A DNA stretch of 62,777 nt, the filler included, from Choristocarpus tenellus KU-1152 (Eukaryota; Protista; Phaeophyceae): NCBI GenBank assembly GCA_964200185.2. It is 8 parts of 8 records of this genome, joined end to end, with 100 filler letters (N's around TTAATTAATTAA, not from the genome) between each part and the next. Parts side by side here need not be neighbours in the genome. Positions count along the whole stretch, not along the records: positions 1 to 5,689 come from CAXNAD020010000.1; positions 5,790 to 10,932 come from CAXNAD020011730.1; positions 11,033 to 17,362 come from CAXNAD020008368.1; 5 more parts are not named here. One strand, written 5' to 3'. Position 1 is the stretch's first letter. Every line of letters begins with the position of its first letter. Made by a program: the position numbers and the translations under genes. Under the pieces are notes generated by a model. The model did no database searches. It was not told the origin of the DNA and saw nothing but the letters and a program-made list of their open reading frames with translations. Of the stretch, positions 1 to 11,533 are shown piece by piece.

Positions 1-25
1 GGAGGGGGAAGAGGGGGGAGGGAGG

Positions 26-73
<48 letters not shown>

Positions 74-78
74 GGGGG
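1..78. repeat. poly-G / G-rich run at contig start
   Basis: Near-pure G tract; either real low-complexity DNA or a sequencing artefact at a contig end. Confidence 0.8.
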
Positions 79-345
79 CAGAATCAGGTAGGTAGGGTAC
101 ACACAATACAATTAATAGTAGTTCAATTACTTGGCCATTTGATTTATACATCCTGTGTACATTGCTCAGTCAAATGAAATGTATAGAATGGTAAAATGAC
201 AGGAAGTGGTGGGAGGCAAACTCTACACTTAGCCGTACCAGACCTTAGCCACCACCACATCCATCCTGCACATGACCCAATTCCCATATACCACCCCCCT
301 TACACTCGCAAACTTGCAACAGACCGCAGTGAGTCAATGCCACAC

Positions 346-3300
346 CTTTTTCAAAGTGTCCATGAGACGCATGAGATCGTTGTCCGCTAGATATATACTG
401 CAGGCTCCCATAACACTGTCACTCGAAACCAGAATCAGGTAGTTCAACAACGTCAGCTCCTCCTTCTCCAACTTGAATAGAGCAATGGATGTCCGAACAT
501 GCAAGGTATAGGGTTGGTCATCCATTGACCCATAGAAACTTGTAACTCCAACCATTCACGTGTGGGTGAAAGGAGTCTGACAAACTTCAACAGTCTACAA
601 CTTTCAGAAGGCAGTACCATTGTCATTGCCAATACAAAACTAGACATATGATGGATACACATTAATAGGATGTTTGAAGTAAAGGTTAAGCAATTCATAC
701 ATACTATGAAACTGTGCAAGAATATCTGGGTAGCCAAACAGGGATCTCCACAAGTGGTCTTTGCTGATGACATGTACACCAGAATACCTACCACATACAG
801 GACTTACTCTACGATCTCCTCTTACATTCAATCAGAGCATGAGCCAACTGGTCACAAAGTTGCATTCCGGTGGGAAGAGCAGTTTCCACAAGGCTTGATG
901 GGAAGCACCAGTTACAATTGTGCCAAGTGCAGGGATTGACACAACTGTGGTGACACCCACTCGAAGATCATAATGTACTCTGGAGTAGTAGTTGTACGCA
1001 TTGAAACCAAAGTTGATACCAAAAAAAGCAAATGTATCATTATCATCAGGTGTTGTGTATGGTTGCAAAATGTGTGGGTCTACCTCATCTGATCCGTGAA
1101 GAACACGTGCAAAGTCCAGCATCATTTCCTTAGTCTCAAGTGCACCTGTTCCCTTGAGTGCATTATTTGGTGACAGGGAAGTAGATAGCATATGCCACAC
1201 ACACACACAGCATGAAAAAAGTTAGACAAAAAAAAAGTGACACAGGCAACAAAGACAAAACAAAAAAAATGCAGACAATGTGCACCAGAACAGGAGACAA
1301 AAAATGTATATTCCAGAGTATCACCGAGTATGACAGGAGAGTACTGGACATGCAAATCACACATACACTACAACAGCAGCAACAAGGACATCCCACGAGA
1401 CTCAGGGTCATGAGGTCAATACTGCAAATTACCACCCAAAACCATGGAGACTCAAAGCCATAGAGCATGCACATACATCAATTACAAAGTGCTTCAAAGG
1501 TTACTTATGCCAACTTCCAAGTGACCAGTTACCATACTGCACATCTCCAGACAACATGCCATTCATCCCACATGTCCTCCACACAAAAAAAGTTAATGAA
1601 GTAGCACAATTGATGGACCCATATCCCTCACCGCAATCCTTACCCCCTCCTTTAGAGCAACAAAGCTTCATCGCAGCATATCAAAACCAGTCCACCAATA
1701 CCCCCTCCTTGACTCAATTGTCCTGAGACTGCAATTCACAGCATCACTCTTAAGCACAGTTGCAAAGATGCATTTCAGCTACCCCTCCTTAGCAACTACA
1801 TCAGTGATCTACACCATTTTCAACCCCCTCCAAAGTGATAAGAAAATTTTACTAGATCCTGTGCCTTGCTTTGTAACTTTGCTTCCAACCAAGCTCACTG
1901 GACAATCCAAACTATGCCTTGAACACGGTAAGGGGATTTGTCGCATCCTCCTCTGACAAAGACAAGAGCACCATGCCTGTAGAATAAACAGCACAACATT
2001 AACTTCTGCAATGTACTGAACTCTTTCATCACACTACCAAACTGAATGGACACACACACTCATCATTATTTCAAAATTAAAATCTGAAGTGTAGGAGGAT
2101 CGTGGTGTCACCTGGAAATAAAAAAATTAATTGCAAAGCTGGAGTTGAGAGGGGAAATGGAACCGCCAACTACATCACTACATCAGTCAGAAACGAAATG
2201 TTAGCATGCTCACCAACCTAGGCAGTCTGGCAGACAACAGGCAGTAGACATCCACACAGGTAAACAGTAAGAATTTGAGCCTTTTACATCTAACCACCCA
2301 CACTAACTGATGGCTGATCCTGGTCCATATTCAGACATTGATGTCATACCTCTGGAGGACTGAGCTTATTTTTAGCCACATCCTTCAACACAGCCGCCAA
2401 GAAGTGCATGTCCTGCTTGAACACGGCCACAGAAAGGGCTGAATAAACCAGTCCCTCCCCCCCCTGAACCATTTCTTCAAGCACATTCCGCTCTTGTTCA
2501 GAGAGTAGGCCACCCTGAGTGGTATAAATAGGAGTCAGGGTTGTATATGTAGTACATGTGAGGGTAAGGGATTCAACCAATATAACTTGAGGTGTAGAGA
2601 CAAGAAAGAAAAAAAAAACGATTCTTGATATTGTGAGATTTTTCTGCCTCCTCTCCGGAATTGAAGACATAGAACAAAACACATTAGGGCTGTTGTTGCA
2701 GAGGATATGACACTACAAGTTCACCATTTAGTACTACGTGGTGCATTACAAAGCCATGTAAACCAAAAAGCTGCAAAAGTGCACAATCATGCTATTACTT
2801 TACATCAAAATAGCACAAAAGAAACACGAACAATTTTGTGCCTTGTGAGAAAACATCAGTCAATAAAGTGATTCTTCAGCCTGGTGAGATTTTTTTTTTA
2901 TCACCCAGCTCTCTCTACAAGGTGCTCACCTTGTCTGCCATGTCTGAAATGAAGGTCATCAGCAATGCCACATCACCCTCCCCCTCCCCACCCTCCTCTA
3001 CTTTCTCTTCCTCTGCAGCTTTTTCACCCTCCCCCCCTTCCATCTCATCTCCCTGTTCCTTGCTCACTATTCCATTGGGTCCCCACCTGGTCCTAGCATG
3101 TACACTCTGGTCAACATCAGGAGCACCAGGAGGTCCGCCATAAAGTCTGTTGTTCCATCCTCCAGGGGTGTGATTTGCAGGATCTCCAGGGAAGCATCCT
3201 CGGCTGTCCAACATGTCGTTGTTTTTCCACCCCAAACCTGGATCCTCACTCTTACCAAATTGGGGTAATTGTCCTATGCTGCCTGCTCGCTCGCAAGTCG

Positions 3301-4290
3301 GTGTAAAATAGCGTGTGCAAAGTAGGAATTTGTAAGGTTCCTCCTTCATTTAGATCGCCACTCCATTTTGATGAGCAAATAAATGTACGCCGAGGAACAA
3401 TGCAACTCAAATATATTAGTGCATACGAATTATTGAGGCAAGCGGAGTCAGAGGATGAGAGCGGTGGGGATAGAATTATTTCATGGACGATTCTACGCAC
3501 AACCATACCTTCTTTCTTCACGTGCTCGCCCGCGAAGCTACCCATCGACCTGTCCCAGTCCACTTCCTTCTCACTGAGGAGCAGCGAGTACGTGTGCTCT
3601 CCAAGCATCTAAGTACCAAGGTGTGCCAATCGGTCCGCAGGAAAGAAATTGAGGATTAGTCGTAATATGGAATATTGATTTGATACTCGAGAACCCAACG
3701 TAGCGAAAGAGGTTTTGAAGATCAAAATCACAGTTGGAACGCATTGTGGATCCAACAGTGGTCGAAATAATACGAAAATGAAAACAGCACCCAAGCAGGC
3801 ATTTCCACCGCTAATTTTTCGTTGATGTACAATAATTTGATCTCGACTGCTATGTAGTCTGCTTTCATCCTTACACACATTAGTATATCCATTCAAAATC
3901 ATGATCCAGTCACCTCAGGTGTGCGGCATGCAAGAGAAATAGGCACCACCATACCATGTCCAGGTCCAGAATCTTCATCCATAAGGCCCACCACATGGTG
4001 CGGGAGACTGTAGGCAGCTCGCAGCAACCTTCGTCAAGATGTTGACCATGGTTGAGGTGGATTTGGGGGTTCAACTTCTCGTGTTGCTGAAGCTGAAGGA
4101 AAGCACTTTGGACGAAAGTGTTTTGCTCTTGAGCAATGATTGGACATGGGAAATATTATTGCCTGATCTGCTCAATAAAATGAGGAAAGCTAGCTCACCG
4201 CGATAGCTCCTCTGGGTTTAGCCCAGTGTAGAGGGCAATGAAGTGAGACTTCTCATTGTGGATAACCCTAACGAATTTTGTCTCCGCCAT
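346..4290 (-). CDS. Conserved unknown protein, multi-exon, 3'-incomplete, with repeated helical motif
   Basis: Phase-consistent GT-AG exons 4199-4290, 3914-4028, 3509-3608, 2930-3282, 2350-2514, 1084-1152, 346-471. They give MAETKFVRVIHNEKSHFIALYTGLNPEELSRLLRAAYSLPHHVVGLMDED...VVPISLACRTPEMLGEHTYSLLL..., then two related helical blocks (LLSEQERNVLEEMV..LVYSALSVAVFKQDMHFLAAVLKD; LEKEELTLLNYLI..VMGACSIYLADNDLMRLMDTLKK). Last visible exon ends in a donor site. Confidence 0.75.
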
Positions 4291-5689
4291 ATTGTTGCGG
4301 ATATTCTTGATACACTGAGGCTTATCAGGTTGTGAGTACCTAACCACTATTGCGTGGCCCCTGAGGGTCCTGTGATATGCATCCCACAGGCTGCTTAACT
4401 TGGATGTTCTTGATTGAAGAGATGGGTTGGGGTCTTTCCCAATCTACAATCTGTACGTAAATCTTTTGCACGAATCAACAAACTGGTCACTCCACTACAA
4501 TCATCCACGTGTCGAGCCTGTTTCCCTCCTCTCCGCGCGCCCCTCGCCCTGCAACCTTAATATGGTTTAGGATGGTACCTTTTTACAAGATTATTCCCCA
4601 CTACATATTTCGGGGGTTCAAACCCCATCGAAATCAAACTTCCACATATATATATCTAATCCATTGAAGGTCAAGAATGTGGAATTATTATGCTAAATGA
4701 TAACTTCGTGGCAAATGTGAATAATGGTAAAAGACAAAAGGAAACCTCCTACACAACAGATAAGGGTTGTAGAAAAAAATCGCTTCAAAACAACTGGGCT
4801 TAGTCGACCCGGCCATTCTGGGGCCTGACCTATCCCATCCTTCACACAGAGATCGCCCTCTCTTGAACAACATGGGGAGGAGGAATTTATTCCTAATTGA
4901 AGAGTTTAAACATCTGCATCACCAAACTTCATTGGCACTGCAGTGTCTCTACCTGCCTATCTACCTCGTTCAACCTGTATCTCTGCAGCTCCAACTCCTT
5001 CCTATTAAACAAACTGCACTACCCATGACTTCCTACCCCATGACGAACCCATATTTTTCTAGTTATTGTTCATCTTCTTTTTCAATAGTCACTGCAGCTC
5101 TCAAACAATTTTTTTTCATTCATAAAAATACCCCTTTCGAATACACAAATTCCATTTGGCAAGGGAAAAAAGGATTGTACACTTACACTATATCCTATCT
5201 GTCCCTGTACCTCAAAAAAAAAATGGACCAAGGTTGAGGTGGCAATGTCAAGATAGGTTCAGGACAAGAAGATTTGAAGGAGGAGGTGGAACGACGATAA
5301 GTGGGAGATACGTGATTCGAAAGCACGAGAAACACAGCATGAACAGAGGCTGTGCCAAGAAGTCACAATGCAACTTTATAGTATATGTAGCATCGATAGT
5401 GTGAGAACAAGTAGTGCAGTATACATTAAAAGTGCCTCTGACCAAGGTCGGCATAGTCGCAAGGAAAATATAGATAAGAAGAAACAGGACAAAGGACCGA
5501 AGAAGACAATCATGGAAGGATCGTGGAACAAAGTATTATATACCTTAATATATTAATTACTCTGGTGTTGAGGGTTCAGAAGTTACACTGCATGAGGGAA
5601 AGGAACCAATAAATCGTAAGCAGGACATACCCTGTTACAGGCGCCCCTCAATGCTCACCTTCCAGGATGTACAACTCAAATCCAACGAC

Positions 5690-5789
5690 NNNNNNNNNNN
5701 NNNNNNNNNNNNNNNNNNNNNNNNNNNNNNNNNTTAATTAATTAANNNNNNNNNNNNNNNNNNNNNNNNNNNNNNNNNNNNNNNNNNNN
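5690..5789. other. Artificial contig linker N44-TTAATTAATTAA-N44
   Basis: Identical 100-nt spacer with a six-frame stop core. Confidence 0.97.
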
Positions 5790-8700
5790 ATGCCTATGAG
5801 GTATACTTTACTAACACGAATATCTGCCACATGCTTGCTGATCCGACATCTCTACATTTCCCTGGCGCCAGAATTGGGCCGAAAGTGACTGGCGGTAAAC
5901 CTAACCCGCGTGTTTGTCTGCAACGTTTGCGTAGGAGCCAAAGGTCTCTTCCGTGCCGCCGTACCGCTCCGTCCTGTAGACGCTTGAAGGATACGTCCTT
6001 GGACGGACGTATGCAAGGGCACCCCAGTACATGCACCTGCACTGGCAGAGGCCCCTCTATCCTACCCCGTACCGATGTTCTCCTTATCACAATCGTCCTC
6101 GTCGTCCTTGTCTTCCTTCTGCTGCTCCTCGTCCTCCTCCTCCTCTTCATCTTCCTCCTCGTCCTCGTCCTTGTCGTCGCCGGTGTTGTCTTCCCTTTCG
6201 TCCCCATTCTCCCCCCCCCTCTCCTCTCCTCGTCCCTTCAATGTAGTGTTCCGTCCTTCTCTCGCAAAACCCCCCCTTTCCCTCGCCTCGATGGAAGACC
6301 ATAGAACTGTCAAGACCATGGTAGCAATCGTTTTGCCGTTCCCAACAAGTTTCTCTAAAGTCCAAACAATACCTGCCACAGATTCCCAGCTTATGTCTTT
6401 AACTCGCTTCTGTTTCCCAGTTCGCCCGGATCTATCACCAGTGTGAATGTAGCCTTCTACAAAACTACTTTTGCCATACTTCTCAAGGGTCATTAGCGCA
6501 GCATTGTCACGTGTGTGGTCACTGGTCGGCCGAAGGCAGTGAATATCCACCCCACGCTCCCCGTCCTCGCCTACGCGCTCCGCTAGGATCTTGCCGACCA
6601 AGAGCGACGCCTCCATTGCCACAAAAAAGGCAAACCGGCCTTCCTGCACTGAGACTAGGTTTCTATGGTTCCCCGATGTCAAGGTAGCACGAGGCCAACC
6701 CTGTCGACGGGAGCCAGGTTCTTCCTTGTCTCTGTCTGATGAGGAAGAGTGTGTTTCCTCGAGCCCGCCGAGATCATTGTAACTGCTGTCGAGATTATCT
6801 CCCCCACCCGAACGTTCGCCCTGGTCGTTATCTTCGATGTCGCTGGTGCTAGTTCCAGCGCCATCGTCATCGGCGGGAAGCCAATGGACTGGGAGATCGA
6901 AATCTCGTTCCCCTGTCTTTTTGAGAAGTCGCACAGATTCGCTTTGCTCGTGTTTCGCTCTCTGAACGGCTTCATCGTCTGCGAAGGTGGAATCCATGAG
7001 CACGAGAACATCAATGGTTCGGATGCATGAATGTTACTTTGTTACCAGGCGTGAGGTTTCACGAATGCACTCGAGGAGCATGCGGTGAGAGGGAGGGTGT
7101 ATATTTCGTCGGAATCGTCTCTGTTGAGTACAAGACCGGTACCCTCCAAACATTTATGGGGAGTAATCCATGGTACTTTTTATTGTAACATGCGACGATC
7201 ACTACACATGAGAATGCAATATTTTTCAAGATATTTTTCTAAAGGCTATAAAGGCTGCCTCGTACAAAAGTTGCACCTGATTTTTTTGGCTGCCACCGGA
7301 TACCAAAATTAGCTATCAACTCCCCTCACGAAAAAATCGAATTACCCAGTGGGTACACAGCAGGGAGGTGTTCGTGCGACACCTGGTACCGCTGCTCCAC
7401 GTTCAGGATGACGTCTTAGGGAACGCTCTTGAGCTGGTAGGGCGGTGCATCTTGGATACAAGGTGGGTGGCCGATGAAGTAGTCGTGCGGAAGGGTGTTG
7501 GGGTCCATAACAAGATCTCTGCCTATCCCACTCCATTCGGTGCTGTGCATGTATTGCCTTACGCTAACTTTAACCCGCCCATCACCGCCTTTTTCAACGC
7601 GAAAAGCCCTGTAGCTCGTGATGTTGGGGACACGGTTGACGAAGGAGTCCCTTGAAGTTGCCCTCGTTCCGCAGGGTCTTGTAGTATACTGGAACCTCCG
7701 TGTAAGAGGCCTGCAGCTCTTCACCCAGCTGTGTTCTTGTGAATATGTTCTTGCCTTTTATACCACGTGAGAACCTGAAGGTGAAATGCAAAGAAGTTAA
7801 TTTCGAATCGGGGACGAAAGAAGCGAAGTGGAGAAGCAAGATATATATGCAGGCACATGCTCTGGCGCATGTATATGGAAGTATAGATATAAAAATGGGT
7901 GATGCGTACAATTTTTATTTTGTTTTGAGAGTATGTTACGAAACAGGTTTGGCAGCTGCTCTTATCGTTCAATTTTGTTGTGGGGAAATCAAAAGCCAAT
8001 CGATCAATTATAGCTTACGACCATAAACTTTCCAGGAATGCAATAAGCGTGAGCTGCAAGCCTCGAGGCAGTATCTGTCTGTATAAAACCACTATGTGGC
8101 TATCGAACTTGCATATCTTGCCTAATTGCCTGGAGAAGATCTGATCGATTTTGATGTGCGTGTGCCCCACCATCATAAAATGTATCTCGACCGCACGAAT
8201 GAAACTCGCCGCAACCAACAGCCCCACGTATCCGAGAAATAATTGTTCTTGTTCTCTGAGACGCAATTGTCGACCTGGCCAGTTTGGGGAGTTGGGAGCG
8301 AGGGAGGGGTAGGCGTGAGGCCGATATGTCAGCCCATTTCGCCGCGTTTCGTGGAGGAACAGGGTAGGTTTCCAGTATTGCTAGAGGGCAATCTCTACAT
8401 CACCGCCATAATACATGCAGGTTGTAACCCACAAACCAAAACTAAAGTCCGTTCAGTTAGTTACTTGGTGACTGGTATTCAGCGAGTATGTGTTGAGTAG
8501 GTCGTGTCAAGATGAAACCTTATTACTTGCCAATGCGCATGCTGTATGATGCAATTCCCCGCGTCATCGAGGCTGTTGTGGTACTTGTCAATAAGCCTTG
8601 TGAGGGCAAGGTGGGTGGCTGTACAGACAAGGTTACAACCTGCGCGAACAACGATGTTCAACAACTGTTGGCAAAAAGTACTCTGCTCACTTACGCATTG

Positions 8701-10650
8701 TTTATTTGGAGCTAAAAAGAGGGGTAATGTAATTTGTTTATACAATGTAGAGGACATACACCCATACGGCTGATGTACATTTCTGCGATCTCCACCACCC
8801 GTTGATTAGCTCTTACGCTCCTCTCGCCCTAACCCTAACGTGAGGCGTTGGAGGGCATGGGAACACAGCTCATCATCAGTTAATCGACTGTTCACTAGGC
8901 CTGCGGTATCTGTAGGCACATCGTGTAAGGATGTACTCGTCCTTACGGATTTACCCTACAGCAGGTCCACTCGCCGCAACGGTAAATCAAGTGGTGCGTG
9001 CGCAACCAGCATCTATTCGGTCATGTGATTGTTCGCCAGGACCCACAATACGTACCTCCTCCAAGATTAATAGGAGTGAAGAACACCTCCGCGAACTGGC
9101 CTTCGACCTGTGCGACCATGATCTTCTGGCGCTCGGAGTAGCCCCTGATAAGGGGGACATGAATGAAAGGAACTTGTAAAGAAAGGTCATCATGATGAAC
9201 GGAAGAGGTAGTGGAATTATGTGCGTTTGTTTTGGCGATTATTTGTTGGGACTTTGCACTCATTCGTAGAATAAAACATGGTCTTCTATTCTGTTCCGCG
9301 TGCGGCTGCAAAGTTCTTGTCGGATGGACTATGCGTGTGTATGGTTACCTGTCACTGCCGTGGGTAGGTGGGTAAATTGCTGGGAGGGCGTGTGCAGTCT
9401 GGTTCGCGGCGTCTACGGACATGAACACGAAGCTGAGAGGTTTGCCGTCGGCTTTGGCCCGCATGGCGCTGCTGGTACTGTTGGCAATGACCAGCCGATC
9501 CACTTGGATAATCTTGCCTATGGGGGACAGCAACATCACGTGAATTAATGAAATACATCTGCTCAGAGTTAAAAAAATAATGCCACTTGTTAACACGTAT
9601 CAGGTTAGTTAGTAACAAAAATGTAGTCTGGGTAACAATAGATGTTTGTATTGGGATATGTTTTTTATTTCTGCGTTCAACAAAAACACAGGGTTATCGG
9701 GATGGTAGGAAGTACGCACGTACCGGGCTGGAAGACCGCTACATGACCTGTCCCTCCCACAGCCCGTTGTACACTACCAGGAAGCAGTCTATCGTACAAG
9801 GTGTTTGGGCAGCTAATAATAGCAAGTTTTGCGGTGAGTGAGGCTACTGCTGCTGCCATAAACACCTACGTGGGAGTCTTCATTCGCAAAAGGACACAAA
9901 TTTACTTCAAAACGGAGGGCAATGACGGCGACATGTTGCCACTGTACCCTTGTTGCAAAATAAACGCTGGACACCTACCTGTCGATGGTCTGACAGCTCC
10001 TTATCGATGGACTCAAGAACGGTGGAGTCGTTCGTGGGTTTTACACCAGGCGAACCGTGCCGCTTCTCCTTTAACGTGACACATATGTCACATTTCATAA
10101 ACTCGCCTCCTACCCTCACCTGGATGTTGGGTCTGTCCTCTCAGAGCAACTGGAGGAAGTACGCCTTGCTTACCCGCTTGGAAGGGTCGTCAGGATACAC
10201 CCGTATTGCCTCTTTGCAAAAATCCTTGTATAGCTCCTAATTAAAAATGTTGGTTTTGTGGGCAAGTGAAGAGTTATTGAGAAGGAACACTCAAAGAACA
10301 CCCCTGCAACATCTCTCGAAGGCGGGCTGATCAATAACTTTACTGTGAACGCGGAAGACAGGATCAAGCAAGCTTACATCGTGCGTTACGAAAGAGCAAA
10401 TACAACGATCTGATTAAATCTGCCATGAGCGTCATTCTGTTCGGGCCTCGCTGCCGTTTGCAGAGGCGACAAAGGAGGCGAATCTATCATCATCATCATC
10501 ATCATTGCGAAGCGCTTTAGACATACGAAGTACACACTTTTCCTACCAATGTCAGACCGGGCCCGGGGCCGCAGAGTATGTGTGCTCGGCGTTGAAATAA
10601 CAGTTATTGCGTCTTCCTCGTAAAATCGACAAAGAGTATCATCATGAATA
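5790..10650 (-). mobile_element. Intron-containing DUF7869/Sola1-like DDE transposase pseudogene
   Basis: Exon translations in order: GGEFMKCDICVTLK (~10100), FMSVDAANQTAHALP (~9400), PINLGG|GCNLVCTATHLAL, QVDNCVSENKNNY-fs-FLGYVGLLVAASFIRAVEIHFMMVGHTHIKIDQIFSR (8130-8280), NITSYRAFRVEK, then an acidic tail (6062-7003). Matches the recalled DNCxxENKN...GHTHxxIDQxFS motif. In-frame stops (~10142, ~7417) and frameshifts (~8238, ~7650). A second copy lies at 52170-52411. Confidence 0.7.
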
Positions 10651-10932
10651 TTGAAATATCGATATAGCAAACGAAAAAGATAGCACTTTGTATGAATCTT
10701 GACATGTTCTTTTAACCATAATATCAGAGCAGTCAAGGTAATGAACATCCACCACTCAAAATACTACTTAGATCCACCTTTTCTACGTACTGCCCGGTCA
10801 CACGGTTTGCATCTAACTCCAACGCAGGGTGCAGCCAACCTCTCCACAACCAAGGGCAAAACCGACCTGTTTGTTCGCGGCGTAGATCACAATTGTTGAC
10901 TTGTGAGGCATGAACTGCCCGTAAGTATCAGC

Positions 10933-11032
10933 NNNNNNNNNNNNNNNNNNNNNNNNNNNNNNNNNNNNNNNNNNNNTTAATTAATTAANNNNNNNNNNNN
11001 NNNNNNNNNNNNNNNNNNNNNNNNNNNNNNNN
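10933..11032. other. Artificial contig linker
   Basis: N44-TTAATTAATTAA-N44. Confidence 0.97.
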
Positions 11033-11533
11033 TTCTTACACCAGCATCGAAAATAATAATAACAAGTACTCCAATTTGGACAGTCTTTTGGCATCATTCT
11101 CCATTGACATATATGCACGGTAAGCATTAAGCATTAACATATTGAGAGTAAGCGTCTTGTCGCACGGTTTGCTCCATACAAACAGGGTAGAATACCTGAT
11201 ACCAGGTAAAGCGCAAAACAGAGGTAACAGTATAGAGTACAGGACAGAACCAGGAAAGATGGATCAATGTTGTGAAGGAGGAGAGTCAAATTGATACTTG
11301 TCTGATTGGCTAATATTACTTCCTCATTGCCTGTATTACATACTTCAAATATGTGTATACAGCTACGAGAACATACTCACAACAACAATGATATCATAGC
11401 ACATTACGTCTCTACTCTACCCTCAACTCTCTCCGCCTTCACTAATGTAAAAACCGCTCTAGGTAGGCTCCTGCCCCCAAGTCATACTAAGCATTTCCCC
11501 TAGCACCACTTATCCCTCGAGAAGTTGACTCAC

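Noticed and set aside
5376-5689. Possible last two exons of a small membrane protein (VVGFELYILE|EALLMYTALLVLTLSMLHIL*) on the minus strand
   Set aside because: Too short and truncated by the gap to support a call.
5794-6446. Overlapping ORFs with poly-Ser, poly-Arg or hydrophobic tracts
   Set aside because: Shadow frames of the acidic GAG/GAC-rich tail of the 6062-7003 ORF.
8827-8840. CCCTAACCCTAAC telomere-like motif (similar motifs at ~15274 and ~45586)
   Set aside because: Only 2-3 degenerate units, interstitial; no evidence of a chromosome end.
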